NCBI RefSeq assembly: GCF_009914755.1
Contig: NC_060938.1
Origin: the human T2T-CHM13v2.0 reference genome, Homo sapiens
Length of the DNA: 64,000 nt
Strand: one strand, 5' to 3'
The notes below the pieces were generated by a model. It worked only from the letters and a program-made list of their open reading frames with translations. It had not been told where the DNA came from and did not search any database. Below are positions 29,158 through 45,399 of the stretch, one piece after another; position 1 is the first letter of the stretch, and each line of letters opens with the position of its first letter. The position numbers and the translations under genes are program-made.

Positions 29158-29563
29158 TGTTATGGGCTGAATTTTGGGTCTCCCGTGCTCCCTGCAAATT
29201 CATAAATTGAAGCTTCAACCCCTAGTACCTCAGAATGTGACTGTGTTTGGAGAGAGGGCCTTTAAAGAGGGAATTAAGTTAGAATGACGTTGTTAGGATG
29301 GGCCTTAATCCACTTTGACTGGTGTCCTTATAAGCAGAGGAAATGTGGACACAGAGAAACACCAGGGATGCTCACACGCAGAGGACAGACCACGGGAAGG
29401 CACAGCAAGAATGTGGCCGTCTGCAAGCCAAGGAGAGAAGCCTCAAGAGAAACCAACCTGCCCTTGATCTTGGACCTCCACCCTCCAGAACTGTAAGAAA
29501 TAAGTGTTATTTAAACCACACAGTCTGTTGTATTTTCTCATGGCAGTCCTAGCAGACTAGCCC
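29158..29563 (+). mobile_element. MLT1B-like MaLR LTR
   Basis: tgttatgggctgaatt...cccctagtacctcagaatgtgactgtgtttggaga...ggcagtcctagcagacta. Confidence 0.82.
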
Positions 29564-31353
29564 AGCATGTGACCAAAATGGTCTAATCAGGATTCTTTTA
29601 GCTGCTGTAGCAGACATGTCTCCTCTGCTTTTGTGGTTTGTAGATGTGGAGCTGGGTGCTGCTTATGCCTTGGAAGGCAAAATAGATTGAAAACAAAACA
29701 AAAAAGTAGATGGAAAGAGCTGAATCAAACTGGGCCTGGACCTGGCTGGACCTTCCAGCTACTCGGGCCACGAAATCTCTTTAATGTTGATTAAGTTTTC
29801 ACTAGCAGCAATCTAAAGGCCCCCACTGATGAAATGGCTTATGCTTTGTGTTTACAGGCTGAGGAAGAAGATGCCCTCAAGAAATTTTGGTAAATAGGTC
29901 TCTGTGCTTTATAAATCCAGGTTCTTCAAGGGAAATACGTTTTTTTGACCAAGAAAGGGAGGGAAATGAATCCTCTGTGCTTTGAGGATTGAAAAGAAAA
30001 TTAGCCTGATTTCAAGCATGAATTTGCAGTGTGGATCTGCAGGCCTGGGAGACTATAATGCTTTAGGAATTCTCCAGACGCCGAGCCCGACCCCATTCAG
30101 AGATGGCACCACTGAGGCATGAGGTCTCTGAGAGGATCAGGCAATTAGGGCAAGCACCCCCGGGGTAAACTTGGCAGGGTGGCCCATGAAGGTACCTGGT
30201 GGCTTAGTGAGGAGCTGGTCCGTGTCGGGGTCAGCATTGTAGGGCAAAGGGTAAAGGACCAGTGGGGTTTGTTAAAATGCAGATTCCCAGAACACATGCC
30301 AAAGTCACTGCATCAGGATCCCTGGATGCATGGCCTGGGATATGAATTTCAAGGAGCTGCCCAGCTGATTCCTAGGTGAGGACCATATGAAAACCTTAGA
30401 GTGTACACAGGGTTAAATTAAGGAAATAGAATTCCCTAGCCAGGCAAGAGAATGGCTGAAAATAGGTGGTGAGCAAGCCAGGGTCAGGGATCCATGAGAT
30501 TCAGAAACAGGATGCCACAGGTCATCACTTTGGGACTGCACTCATGGGTCAGGCTGCTTTAAGATCCTGGGTCATGGATTTTAAAATAGTCTATAGAGTT
30601 AATTACCACATGCTTCTGGTATTAGGACCACCTTTAGTATTGGCAATGATCTTAGATACTTCTTTTAACTCACTGGACTGTCCTGCCAGCTGTGATAGTA
30701 TGGAGATGTGGGGTGACGGTATATGGGTCACCATATCAGAGCTCCCCAGACCTATGTTGGGATCGCATGGTACACATGACAGACCTCATCACAGAGGCTG
30801 CCTGGTGGAGGTCACACACCCTTTTCTGCTGCTGCTGCTGTTAAAAGTATACATAAAGCAGTTGGGTAGGGAAAAGGTTTTTACCACAACTATTTACAAA
30901 TAAAGCCTAAGTAATCAGAGCACGAATTAATCAGACTTCTCTGATGTCAAGCAACAGGAGGTTTGGGGAGATGGGAAGCACCTGGTTTGTCTACCCGCGA
31001 CCTTGGGAGCTCTCAGGGTTGGTAGAAGTCACAGCTTAGGCTGCAGCCCTGCGTGTGGCCCACCTGCTCCCTCTGTCATCATGTCAGTCTTGACTGCTTT
31101 TTAGCTGAAAAAAACAACACAAGTCAAACAATAGCAAAAACTTTGAAAAGTCTCATTAGGAAGAACACAGGGCTGGAACTGGGAGATGTGAGTTCTGTTC
31201 CAGGGGTCATCTTTCGGTAGTGTGTCCCTGATCATTTAATGATTCTCCCTGGGCCTATTTTCTTATCTGTAAAATAAGTAGCAGAGACTAACTGCAAATG
31301 TTACCAGCTAGGACTTCTTAGCGGTGGGGTTTTCCTGTCAATTTAAGCTTCTC

Positions 31354-31681
<328 letters not shown>

Positions 31682-33166
31682 TCAAGTATAAGGCCAACTT
31701 GGAGGAACTCTCGAACTGTATGTTTTTAAAATGGTGGTTCTTAGATTTTTCAGCTTGAGTTTATCTCATTTAAAAAACACTTCTCATAGTTAACCATCAT
31801 AGTGAAATTAAAGGCTGCATTCACCATTTACAGGCTTGGTTTCACTTGCTACATTAAATCAGTTGCTAAAGCCTGATTCTGTGAAAAGATTATCCAGTGG
31901 ATTCCTTCTCTTAATTTTGTTTAGTTTTAGAGACCCCTCAAAGAGAATGAAAATGCGTAGTTTATTGGGATTGAAATTTTACTACTGAAATTGTTTACTT
32001 CATTAATTGAGAGGAAAGAGATGCAAACAGAGATGTAGTTTACAGCAAAATAACTTTGTGTTTCCATTTGAGTTGATACAGTAGTTTAACAAAGCTCTCC
32101 TACTTTCTCAGCATAAATATTTATATGTGTATATTTTCTTAAATCTTGATCTTTTTCCATTACGTGAAATAGTCTTCATCCCTGGTATGCAAGTCTGTTA
32201 AACAATCTATCGTCCTGAAGTTTAACCCCCTAACAATTTCCTTTGGGATTAGTTTTCAATCTTCATTTTAGTCAATTGTTCTATTTTTTACGGATAATAT
32301 TATTTTACTGCCTTCTAAGATATACATTAAAAAGAAAAGCAAATATATATGGTAAGCAGGGTGTTGAGTTACAATGATAAAGTTCTGTTTGAAACACACC
32401 TGATAGTACAAACTCTTCTTTATGGTTAGAGAAAATTTTTCCTTTTTTTTTTTCCCAAGAAAGTGATGCTCCCAACAAAACCATATATGATCTACCCCAG
32501 TGCTTGGGTAAACAGAAAAGAGAAAAGAGCTTACTTCCTTTGTGCTCATGTGCCCACAGGGGCTCCGGAAACTCCAAATAAGGAGTCAATTTTGTCATCC
32601 ACAGCTCCCAGCTTCCCCACGGCTTCTGGTAAGGACTCAGCCTCAGAGGGGGAGAAGAGCAGAGGCTGGTTCTCCCTTTGGCTTGTGCATAGTTTTCCAC
32701 AGTAAGTGCCCGTGGGGGTGAGGGCAGGTCCCCCTACTCTTATTCTTTACAACAGCCTTCCTCTAACTCTAGGGTGTCTGAGGATGACCTTAGTTACCCA
32801 TAAAGCTAGTTAGAGCACTGATATTTAGCTCCCAGTGACGGCATTTCTGACTTAGCACATCTCCTCTGGGGATGAGAAAGCTGTATTTTAACCTGTATGT
32901 CAACAAGATATAGGGTGTGTGTGTGTGTGTGTGATGTGTATGTTAAGTCTAATGGACAGATAAATAGGAAGTTAATATTTGAAATTTCCTAGCCAGGAAT
33001 GCCTATTCCAGGAGTAGTCTGAACGTCCACAGACACTCCTCTCTAAAGCCTGCACATGTGTGTGCTGGGGGTGGGAGAAGGTTAATATATGCAGCTTCAA
33101 CTATATCTCTAATCAACACCAGAGGATTTGTTAGTTAGCATAACACACATTAGAAATAATTTTTTA

Positions 33167-33472
33167 AGCTGGGCGCGGTGGCTCACACCTGTAAGCCTGG
33201 CACTTTGGGAGGCCGAGGAGGGTGGATAACTTGAGGTCAGGAGTTTGAGACCAGCCTGGCCAACATGGTGAAACTCAATCTCTACTAAACATATAAAAAT
33301 TAGCCAGGAATGGTTGCATGTGCCTGTAATCCCAGCTACTCAGGAGTCTGAGGCAGGAGAATCATTTGAACCCAGGAGGTGGAGGTCGCAGTGATCAGAG
33401 ATCACGCCACTGCATTCCAGCCTGGGTAACAGAGCAAGGCTCTGTCTCAAAAAAATAAAATAAAATAAAATA
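33167..33472 (+). mobile_element. AluS (Sz/Sx)
   Basis: Full dimer with (TAAAA)n tail. Confidence 0.95.
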
Positions 33473-33526
33473 AAGAATTTTTTATTGTTGATATGAGTGG
33501 TGTTCAATATATGTAGCTAGGTTAGC

Positions 33527-33950
33527 AATATTACACAGGCAGCTCACCCTTACATGAACAGGGTAAACTAATCATCCTACCCTAGATTTAGGCAAATTCT
33601 AACACCTGTGAATTCAGACGCAGGTCTTTGAGATTAATTACCCATAGGACTGAGGAAAAGGTGAGCCTGGGGTACTGATTAATCTGTGCTAGTGGTTATC
33701 ACACCCAAGGCAGCTCAGCAGCTTTATCATCCAGACCAAAGAATCTACTAAAGGCTCTACTTTTGGCCACCTTTGTCTTCACAATCTGCTATAGAATAAT
33801 CATATCACATATAAAGGAGGAGAGTTGTGTTGTCCCCATTGTGAGGGGAGTCAAGATGGAAGGAAAACCCCACTGAACAAGTCAGCAAGGGAGCTGGTGA
33901 GGAGGGCTGATGGTTGAGTGTATATGATGGAGTCGAGGTCTACTGAAGAG
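33527..33950 (+). repeat. Copy 2 (uninterrupted) of the local ~420-bp duplication
   Basis: Collinear with 24933-25147 plus 25846-26049. Confidence 0.9.
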
Positions 33951-34244
33951 AAAGAGGTAGGAAATAAAGACTTTGTCTGAAAAAAGAGGTCAGAATGCAG
34001 AGAAATAGAAATTAAAAAAACACTTAGAGTTAATTGAAAAGAGCTTAAAACCTTTCTGTGAATTCCTTTTTGCATGCGCACACGCGCGTGCACACACACA
34101 CACACACAAAGATCAACTTGGGGCAGTTACCCTAAGAATAATAAGTATGTCTGGTTGGGGTATTTTAAATACTAACTGCCTGCTCATGTGTATATTAAAT
34201 CTAATGGAAATACTTTTGTCTTACTAGAATGCAGGTTAAATACA

Positions 34245-35225
34245 TCGGTTTCTGGGCAATGATTTTTTAGATATGACCCCAGAAGCACAGGCAACGAAAG
34301 CAAAAATAGACAAATGGGATTGCCTCAAAGTAAAAAGCTTCTGCATAGCAAAGGAAACAATTAACAGAGTAAAGAGGCAACCTATGGAATGGGAGAAAAT
34401 ATTTACAATATTTTGCAAATTATCTGTTAAGGGGGTAATATCCACAATATATGTGAAACTCAATAGCAAGAAAATAACTTGATTTAAAAAAAGGGCAAAG
34501 GACCTGAGTAGGACATTTCTCAAAAGAAGACATAAAAATAGCCAACTGGTATATGAAAAAATGCTCAACATCACTAATCATCAGAGAAATGCAAACCAAA
34601 ACCACAATGAGATATCATCTCATGCCTATTAGAATGGCTATCATTGAAAAGACAAAAAATAAGTGTTAGCAAGGGTGTGAAGAAAGGGAATTCTTGCACT
34701 CTGTTGGTAGTAATGTAAATTAGTAAAGCCATTATGGAAAAAGGGGGTTCCCCCAAAGATTAAAAAAAAGGGTTCCCCCAGGGATTAAAAATAGAACTAC
34801 CGTATTACCCAGCATTCCCACTACTGGATATATAACCAAAGGAAATGGAATTTGTATTTTGAAGAGATAGCTATGCTCCCATGTTTATTGCAACATCATA
34901 CACAATAGCCAAGATATGGAATCAACCTACATGTCTACCGATGGATGAATAAAGAAATATACAATGGAATATTATCCAGCCCTAACAAAGGAGATCCTGT
35001 CATTTGTAACACAATGTGGACAATGTGGATGACCCTGGCAGACATTATATTAAATGAAATAAGGCAGACACAGAAAAATACCGCATGATCTCACTTATAT
35101 GTGGGATCTGAAAAAGTCAGACTCAGAGAAGCAGAGAGAAGAATGGTGGTTGCCAGAGGGTGGGGAGATGGGAGAAACGGGAAGACATTGGTTAAAGGAT
35201 ACAAAGTTTCAGTTATACAGATACA
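34245..35225 (+). mobile_element. L1MA-type fragment (ORF2 3' end and 3' UTR)
   Basis: ORF 34273 [44 protein letters not shown] is degenerate L1 ORF2. Confidence 0.92.
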
Positions 35226-35499
35226 ACGGTTTTTTAAAGCATCACTTCCTGATGCCCCAGCTGAATGCCTCATAAGAGGGACTACAAAAGCGATTTTTGA
35301 TAGGATGGAAGGGCCCATGGGCTTGTATCAGGATATCTGTGTCTGTGTCCATGTGTGTAGTTTAACACATAGCTTATGGTTGGCAGATTCTCCCAAGCTT
35401 TTTCACCCTGTTTTGCTCTCTGTAGACACTGTCACTGCCACGGGAATTTCTCTTAGTTCTGTGGCTTTAAATCCCACCTATTTTTTATTCCTAGTCCCC

Positions 35500-36260
35500 A
35501 TCTCTCCCAAAGCACTGAAATGAATATGCAACCTCCCAACAGATATGTCAGACCTAACAGGGTTCCAGACCAAGTGCTGTTCTCCAGCAAACATGCTCCA
35601 TCTTGTTGTTCTTGACTTTGGTCAATGGCAGTATCATTTTCCGAAGTTTTTAAGGTTGGAATCATCTTTGACTCCTCTCTTCCTCTCACAATCCTCTTCT
35701 AATTCATCAACAAGTTTTATCAGCTAAATGTTATTCTGAACTCGACAGGTTCTCATTACTTTCTCCTCTATCAGTGTAACCCAAGACAAAACACCATCAT
35801 CCCTCACCATACTGGATTACCACAACAGCCACAATCCTTACTGTCTCTCCCCTGTGGTATATTCTAAACACAGCAGCTAGAATGGGAATAATGCATATGA
35901 TTGTGTTAGTCTCTTGCTTAAAGACCCCGAACAGCTTTCCCTCACACCTAAAATAACACCCAAAGTCTTCATCATGGCCTATGTTAACATCTTACATAAC
36001 CATAGTACATTTGTCAAAAACTAAGACATTGATACAGGTACAATACAGTTAACTATAGATTTCATTTAGATATTACTAGTTTTTCTACTAATGCCATTTT
36101 TCTGTTCCAGATTCAATCCAGGATAGTACATTACATTTAGTTATCATATCTCCTTAGTCTCCTTCAGTCTGTGTTAGTTTCTTAGTCTTTTAAAAAAATT
36201 ATTATGTTCTTGACAGTTTTGAACAGTACTGGCCAGGTATTTTGTAGACTGTACCATGCT
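35500..36260. mobile_element. L2 fragment (35500-35980) followed by an L1M fragment (minus strand)
   Basis: ttggaatcatctttgactcctctcttcctctcac (L2); taaccatagtacatttgtcaaaa...ttctgttccagattcaatccagga (L1M 3' UTR). Confidence 0.65.
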
Positions 36261-36897
36261 CTTTTTGTTTGTTTGCCACAGAAGTAAATGTGATGGGAAG
36301 ACAAAAAACAAAAACAAAACAAAACAAAACAAAACAAAACAAAACAAAAAAAGGAACCTAGATGCTATAGTTCTCAAAATTCCATTTCAGAAAACCCATT
36401 GAAAATCTTGCTAGAGTTGAGCTTTTTGGGGTTCCTATGTGAATAAGTTCCTGATCCCAGAATCAGGACATGGCAGGACTAAGGAGAACAGGAGAGCAAG
36501 GACTAAAAGCTCAGAAGCCTTTTTCCAAAAGCCCCCAGCATATTTTTCCTTCATTTTTTATTGGTCATAATTTCATATCATGGCCACAGAAATGGAACGG
36601 CCATGATTAGCTTAGTCTAATGAAGATCCACTCTAGTGGAGGTGGGATTAGGTGTTCTCTGAGTCATGGCTTCTAGAAGGAGGATAAACCAGCAAAGAAG
36701 GTGTGAGTAGAGAATTGTCCAGGATGGGGATGGGAAAGGGAATGGGTGTGGTAGACAACAAACAGTGGCTATTACAGAGTCTATATATTCTGTGCATAGG
36801 CAAAGTATGAATGGAGCATGGCCTTCTAGGCGTAGGGCATGTCAGAAGTATGATAGTTATCAAAAGAAGCCTGGCATGGATTAAAAAAATTGTGATA

Positions 36898-37015
36898 GAG
36901 CTGGCATGGTGGTGTACACCTGTAATCCCAGCTACTTGGGAGGCTGAGGTGAGAGGATTGATTGAGCCCAGGAGTTTGAGTCCAGCCTGGGAAACATAGC
37001 AAGACCTCATATCTA
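36898..37015 (+). mobile_element. Alu monomer (FLAM)
   Basis: Single arm: cctgtaatcccagctacttgggaggctgagg...gagcccaggagtttgag. Confidence 0.85.
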
Positions 37016-37255
37016 TTTTTTTTAAAGTTGTGATATATCTGTACAGGAAGAACTACTCAGCAATAAAAACGTATGAACTGCTGATACGTGCAACATCATG
37101 AGTGAATCTAAAAAGACATCATGTCAAGTAAAAGAAGCCTGACACAAAAGACTGCATACTCTAGGATTCAATTTCCATGACAGTCTAGAAAAAGCGAAAC
37201 CATAGCAACAGAAAACAGATCAGTAGTCACCAGGAGCCAGGGAGGAGGGAGGTGA

Positions 37256-37720
<465 letters not shown>

Positions 37721-37734
37721 ATTTTTGTAATTAA

Positions 37735-39725
37735 TTTTTTTTCTATGTTTAAGGTGTACAGCATGATGTTGTAATATGCATATGTAAAGTATCATTACTA
37801 CAGTCAAGCAAATTAACATTTCCGTCACTTACCTAGTTACCTTTTTGGTGTGCTTGGTTAGAGCACCTAAAATCTACTCTCTTAGCAAATTTCCAGTGCA
37901 CAAGACAATATTATAAGCTATAGCCCTCATGCTATACATTAGATTCCTAGACATACTCATCCTACATAACTGCTATTTTGTCCCCTTTGACCTACATCTT
38001 CTCATTTCCATGCCCCCCACCTGCCCTTGGTAACCACTGTTATGCTGTCTGTTTCTATGTATTTGACTTTTTAAAGATTCCACATATAAGTGAGATCATG
38101 CAATATTTTCCTTTCTATGTGTAGCTTATTTTACTTAGAATAATGTCTTTCAGTTTCATTCATGTAGTAGCAAATGACAGAATCTCCTTTTTTAAGCCTG
38201 AATAATATTCCATGTATATGGAATGTACATGTCTATGTATCTAAATCTACATAATAACAGTTTCTTTATCCATTCATCCACTGATGGACACTTAAGTTGT
38301 TCCCATAACCAGAATATTGTTAACAATGCTTCAATAAACATGGCACTGCAGATATCTCTTCAGCATCATGGATTTTATTTGTCTTCGGTAGATACCCAGT
38401 AGTGGGATTGCTGGGTCGTGTGGCAGTTCTATTTTTAATTTTTAAGGGAATCTCCACACGTTTTCCATAATGGCTCTACCAGTTTACATTCCTACCAACA
38501 GTGTACCCTTTTTTCCACCTCCTTGCCAACACTTGTTATGTTTTGTCTTTTTTTATGATAGCTATTCTAATAGGCAGGAGGTGACACTCATTGTGGCTTT
38601 GGTTTGCATTTCTCTGATGATTTAATGATGTGGAACATTCTTTTCATATATGGGTTGGCCATTTTTACGTCTTTTAAAAAAATGTCTATTCAAGTTCTTT
38701 GCTCATTTTCTAATCAGATTGTTTTCTTGCGATTGAATTGAGTTCCTAATGTATTTTGAATATTAACCCCTTATTAGACATAAGGTTTGCAGGTATTTCC
38801 TCCCATTCCGTAGGTTGCCTCTTCACCCTGCTGTTTCCTTTGCTTTACAGAAGCTTTTAGTTTGATGTAGTCCCACTTGTTTATTTTTGCCTTTGTTGCC
38901 TGAGCCTTTGGTATAACATCCAACAAACTTATCGCTCAGGCCAATGTCAAGGAGCTTTCCCCCTATGTTTTCTTCTATGAGTTTTACAGTTTCTGGTCTA
39001 TGTTTAGGTCTTTAATCCATTTTGAGTTGACTTTTGTCTATGGTGTAAGATAAGGGTCCAATTTCATTCTTTTCCATGTGGATATCCAGTTTTCCCAGTA
39101 CCATTTATTTAAGAGACTCTCCTTTTCACAATGCATTTTCTTGGTGCCTTTGTCAAAAATTAGATGACTTCATATTATATTATATTATATTATATTATAA
39201 GGTTTATTTCCGGGCTTCCTCTTCTGTTCCATTGGCCTTTTTGTCTGTTTTTATGCCAGTATCACACTGTCTTGATTACTACAGCTTACAAAATCACATA
39301 AAAATCAATTGCATTTCATTATACCAATGATGATCTATCAAAAATAAATTAATAAAGCAATCCCATTTATGATAGCATCAAAAAGAATAAAATGCTTACA
39401 AATAAATTTAACCAAGGAGGTAAAAGATCTGTACATAGAAAACTATAAAGCATTGATAAAAATAAATTGAAGAAGACACAAATAAATGGAAAGATATCTC
39501 ACGTTCATGATTTAGAAACATTAATACTGTCAAAATGTATATGCTACCCAAAGTGATATACAGATTCAGCACAAACACTATCAAAATTCCAATGGTATTT
39601 TTCACAGAAATAGAAAAACACAATTTAAAAACTCATATGGAAGCACAAAGATTCTAAATAGCCAAAGCAATCTTGAAGAAAAAAAGCAAAGTTGGAGGCA
39701 TACTGATTTCAAATTATCTTACAAA
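37735..39725 (-). mobile_element. L1MA element with a 5' inversion (37735-39288 minus; 39289-39725 plus)
   Basis: The minus segment runs from the 3' UTR into ORF2 and stops at ...gattactacagctt; the plus segment ends ...ctgatttcaaattatcttacaaa, the adjoining ORF2 position. Confidence 0.88.
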
Positions 39726-39753
39726 TTTCATTTCTATGTTCTTTAGAATATCA

Positions 39754-40138
<385 letters not shown>

Positions 40139-41080
40139 TTAAATACCAGCAAAAGGACTTAAATTAATTAGAATATAGTTCTCCTTAATAAAAAGGCTTT
40201 CTCTTGTTTTACAGGGTGTTATGCATTCAATTTTAGTGTCCTCAGCTTTTTGGGTTACCTGTGGTCATATATGACTAGGACTTTTGATAGGGTTTCAATG
40301 GACACATATTGACTCTATAAAGGATCCTTCTTATTGAAGTATATTCTCTGCTTATTTACCATGGTCCTAACCAAACATGCCTGTCATTGATTCTAATCAA
40401 CTGTGGAAATCCCAGCATCTAGCAGGAAGGGGACAGAGTGGGATATTTTTGGTCAAGGAGACCTGTCCTCTTTTCAAGTCATATTACATGTGTACCTGCC
40501 TATTCTGTGATAATTCTGACTACAAGCTTTGGGAAGGCAGTGGATGAGAGTGTCTAGGAGATGCCTAGGTAAAGAAGCTCGGTCCAAACAACTGGCATGA
40601 ACAGCAGCCCATGGTTATTTGGGGCCTGGTGTAGGTTTTTAAAAACTTGTTATTGTTGATGTAGATTTTATCCCATTTGTATTGGCTGTACATATACACA
40701 TCCCTGCATTCTGATTATTAAGCATGGGACTTTGTAAATATGCATTGCACTCTGACATAACATTATTTCCAAGTCTTAAAACATAACTATTCCAGCACTG
40801 TGATATAAACACATTCATTCTCAGACACACGGTTTTCAAAACTGTAGATCAAGTGCTAACACTGGAAACAGAAAAAATCCACTTCACATTGCAAAGAGAA
40901 AAAAAAATCCACTTCACACTGTAATCAATTTGCTTGCCATACTGTCTCCTTGAGATGGGGATTATGCAATTAGTGGTAACAGAAATGCTGGGCATTCTAT
41001 GAAGGAAGGGCCCCACAGGCTGTGATTCGCAAATTCTTGTTCAAAAGTAGATGCCCTGGTTCCATCATTAGAAATCGTGA

Positions 41081-41416
<336 letters not shown>

Positions 41417-41479
41417 AAGAATCCTTTTTTTTTAAACCTCAGAAATGATTACCATCTATTTAAGAAACAGATCCAATTT

Positions 41480-41614
41480 TGTTTATTTTTAATTTTTTAG
41501 AGACAGGATCTCACTATGTTGCCCAGGCTGGATTCAAACTCCTGGACTCAAGCAATCCTCCTGCCTCAGCTTTCTGAGTTAGCTGGGATTGTAGGTGTGT
41601 GCCACTGCATCTGG
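41480..41614 (-). mobile_element. Alu monomer (FLAM)
   Basis: gagacaggatctcactatgttgcccaggctgg...ctcaagcaatcctcc. Confidence 0.82.
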
Positions 41615-42439
41615 TTGTTCAAGACTCTTTATTGCTAAGTTTTAATAAGTACCCCAGGTGTTACTAATTCTGTGCCCTTTGAGCCATTCTCTGAAAGAAC
41701 CAATTTCTAACATGTCTAATCAGGCATTTATTTTCTTTCAGGATTTAACATGAAGCAAAAGTGACCTGGAATCTTTTCTCCTTTTATTGCCAAAATGCAA
41801 AGAAAAGAGTCTTTAGCTCTCAGAAAAAGACTACATTTAAGAGTGAAAATAAGAAAATGTGGGAGTTTGAGGAAAAGTATCATCAGCTGTCAAATGTCAT
41901 GAATGCGCAGTCTTGGTCAATGGGCCACATGACCCAAAACTCATTATCCTCCCCAAAGCCACCAATATCAATACATGCACCAAATGCATCGACGCAATAG
42001 TTTTCTACCTTGGCCTGTCAATGAAGTTATTGAAACTAAATTGCCAACTCATTTCCATTCTTCTGTTCAATTTATCACCCGTTTTGAGAGCTACGCCAAT
42101 CAATTCTATTACACATTTTCCTGCAACTCCTCACTTGATAATGAAGTAATCAAAAGAATCAGGGTTTTACCTATAAATATTATTTCACTTGATACTTTAG
42201 ATGAATTTCAGGATCCTTGCATGCAGTGTGCCCTTAATAAGTAATTGCTGAATGAATGAACAAAGTATTGGGCTGAATCACATTATTGTATATATTCACA
42301 AAGTAATAGATCAAATCATATTTTTAGTACAGCCAGTCATGAATTGATTCTTAAAATAAACCCATGGTGATCATTTTATAAAAGGGAAGACAATTTTTTT
42401 AATTAGGTAAGAACACTTATACTTTAATGTATGTTTTTT

Positions 42440-43790
42440 AACCTTTCATTTTGAAATAATGTTATAATAAATTACAAAAGCTATAAAAATAATTCAAAGA
42501 GCTCCCTTTCCATCTTCTGAGGGTAAGTTGCAGATGTGATGCCCCTTTACCACTTCATATTTCAGTTTCTCCTTCCTAAAAACAAGAACACTCTACTACA
42601 TACCTTGAGTACAACATCAGGAAAATAACAATGATCCATTTTAATCCATTGAATCCACAGAATCCACTGATTGTGCCACAAAAGTCATTTATAGGTTTTG
42701 GATCCCATTCAAGATCACATGCTGCATTTAGTTGTCTCATCTCTTTAGCATCCTTCAATCTGAAACCATCTTTACTATCATAGTCTTGACATTTTTAAAG
42801 AATACAGGCCAGTTACTTGATTTTTCTTTCAATTTGCATTTGTCTGATGTTTTATCCTAACTTACATATTTATGCATAAGAAGTGACACTACATTCTCAG
42901 CATATCATATCAGGATGCTGCACAAGGCTGATTTGTCCCATCACTGGTTTTCATTTATGTAAAATTTTACCAGTCGATTAAGATGATACCTCCCAAGTAT
43001 TACAGCTGCATGTTAATAAGTATGCTGTACTTATTAATAATTAATGATGTATTAATGAACATTTTTAGAGATATGCTTTGAGACTATGTAAATATCCTGT
43101 TCCTCATCAAACTTTTACCCACCAATTTTAGCATTTATTGATGATTCTGGCCTGAATCAATTATTAAGATGGTGGTTGCCAAATGGTGGTTTTCTAATTC
43201 TATCTTTTCTTCTTCATTTATTAGTCGCATTCTACTATAGAGTTCCCTTCTCTGTTTCTATCAGCATGGACTCATGGACTCTTATTTTACTCAAAGGGTT
43301 AAATTTGTCATTAACTATTTTACTCCTTAAATAGTTCAAGATTTGGCCAACAGGAACCCCTTCAAGCTGACTTCTGTCTTCTTTTGACATGTCTCCATAA
43401 TTCTTTAAGTATTTTCTCATTTCCTTGCACAACAAATTATTCTAGTTTCATCCACTATACCAAGGAACTGTGGTTCCTTTCAGTGGAGGATGGTATTAAG
43501 AAACCAAGGTCTGAGTGTTAGGTGTGTTCATTGCTACTGGGGTGCCATTGCTTTTAGGCCTTCTCAGTCGACAAACCTAGGAAATATATCACCATATACA
43601 CACACATATACACTTATATTTTTCTGTCTATCTATAATCTCTTTGGATCCAAAATCATTTTACACCTTCATCTCCAACTTCAAGGCACATAGCTAGATCT
43701 CTTGCCTTTCTGTATTGGTAATTCCCTTCTCCAGCAGTGAGATGACTGGCTCCAATTTTCTTAATGTATTTACTTCTTTGCTCAATTCCC
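42440..43790 (-). mobile_element. Old L1M (MC/MD-type) 3' UTR
   Basis: gtaagttgcagatgtgatgccccttt, atcagcatggactcatgga and ggtattaagaaaccaaggtctg motifs. Confidence 0.7.
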
Positions 43791-44097
43791 TAGCACATAA
43801 ACCAATCTCTTGGCCATGTCAGCAAAAAATGTGTCCTGTCTCTATTACATACATATATATATAAAATACCCCCCACATACATACACATACATATGAAATC
43901 AGATATTTTATGTATAAGAAACCATACTACATAGATATATCAGGAATCCCATATAATACACAAAATGTATCAATATGAAAATACATATCTAATTCCTATA
44001 AATATCTGATTTCACATATTTTTTTTTAAAGAGAAGTACACAGTAAGGCTTTCTTCTGATGAGCCTGGAGCCTGCTGTTTATACTTCCACAGTATTA

Positions 44098-44471
<374 letters not shown>

Positions 44472-45399
44472 CAGAGCTCCTCAAAGCGGAAGTTTCCCTA
44501 GTTGCTACCTTTCGCTCCATGTACAGCCTATTCTTTAACTGTGACAAACGGCCACAGCCAGCTCCACAACCGGCTTGAGCCAAGTATTGAGCCTGAGGAA
44601 AGAAAGATTTTATATTTCAGCTTTAATAAACAACTGGGACATCTGTTACAATTCTATTTTCCTCACTAGGCTGGGTATGGTTTCTCTTGGTTGCAGGTTT
44701 CCCCCCACCCCCCGCCTTTCTGTGTACTAAGCCTACCATAACACACATGTCTGCTTGTGTGTTATCCCATTCGACGTGAAGGCTTCAGGGCAGAGACTGC
44801 TTCCTTTATTATCCATTTCTAATGTTAGAAGAGGGTCTAACACAGAGCAGGTGCTATTTGTCTATTGAAGGAAAGAATGAATACATCCATTAATCAATGT
44901 AGAATGGCGGGAAAAGACACAATTTGGGAAGGAGACTTTACTCTTTAACTTCTGGACCCATGTGAATGAGGAGTCCAGGTCATCCATCGTTAAAGGCATT
45001 TAGGTATTTTATTTCAAGTATTTTTCCCCTTTTCTGGTGACATACTACAATTCAGGACTAAATCTCAAATTTATTCTTGATATTGATAGCATTGATATTG
45101 CACACAAATCCCACGGTTACCGTCCAGCACTAGTGATCTTGTCCTATTTCCACCTGCAGCTTTTTGAATCTAAGTACACATCGCATTTCAAAACTCCCAC
45201 GTTAAAGAAAGGCATCAGTTCAAGTTACTTTCTCATTTTCTGTCTTCGACTTTTTTCTGCTTCCCCCAAGAATATCTGAGAGTTACTTTTCTCGAAAGTT
45301 CTTTTGTAGTGTTCCAGATAGGAATCATCCTGTAATATTCCAAATGCAGCGTGTGGTGTGCATGTTGAATACATAAAAATGACGAGGTTAGGAACAATA

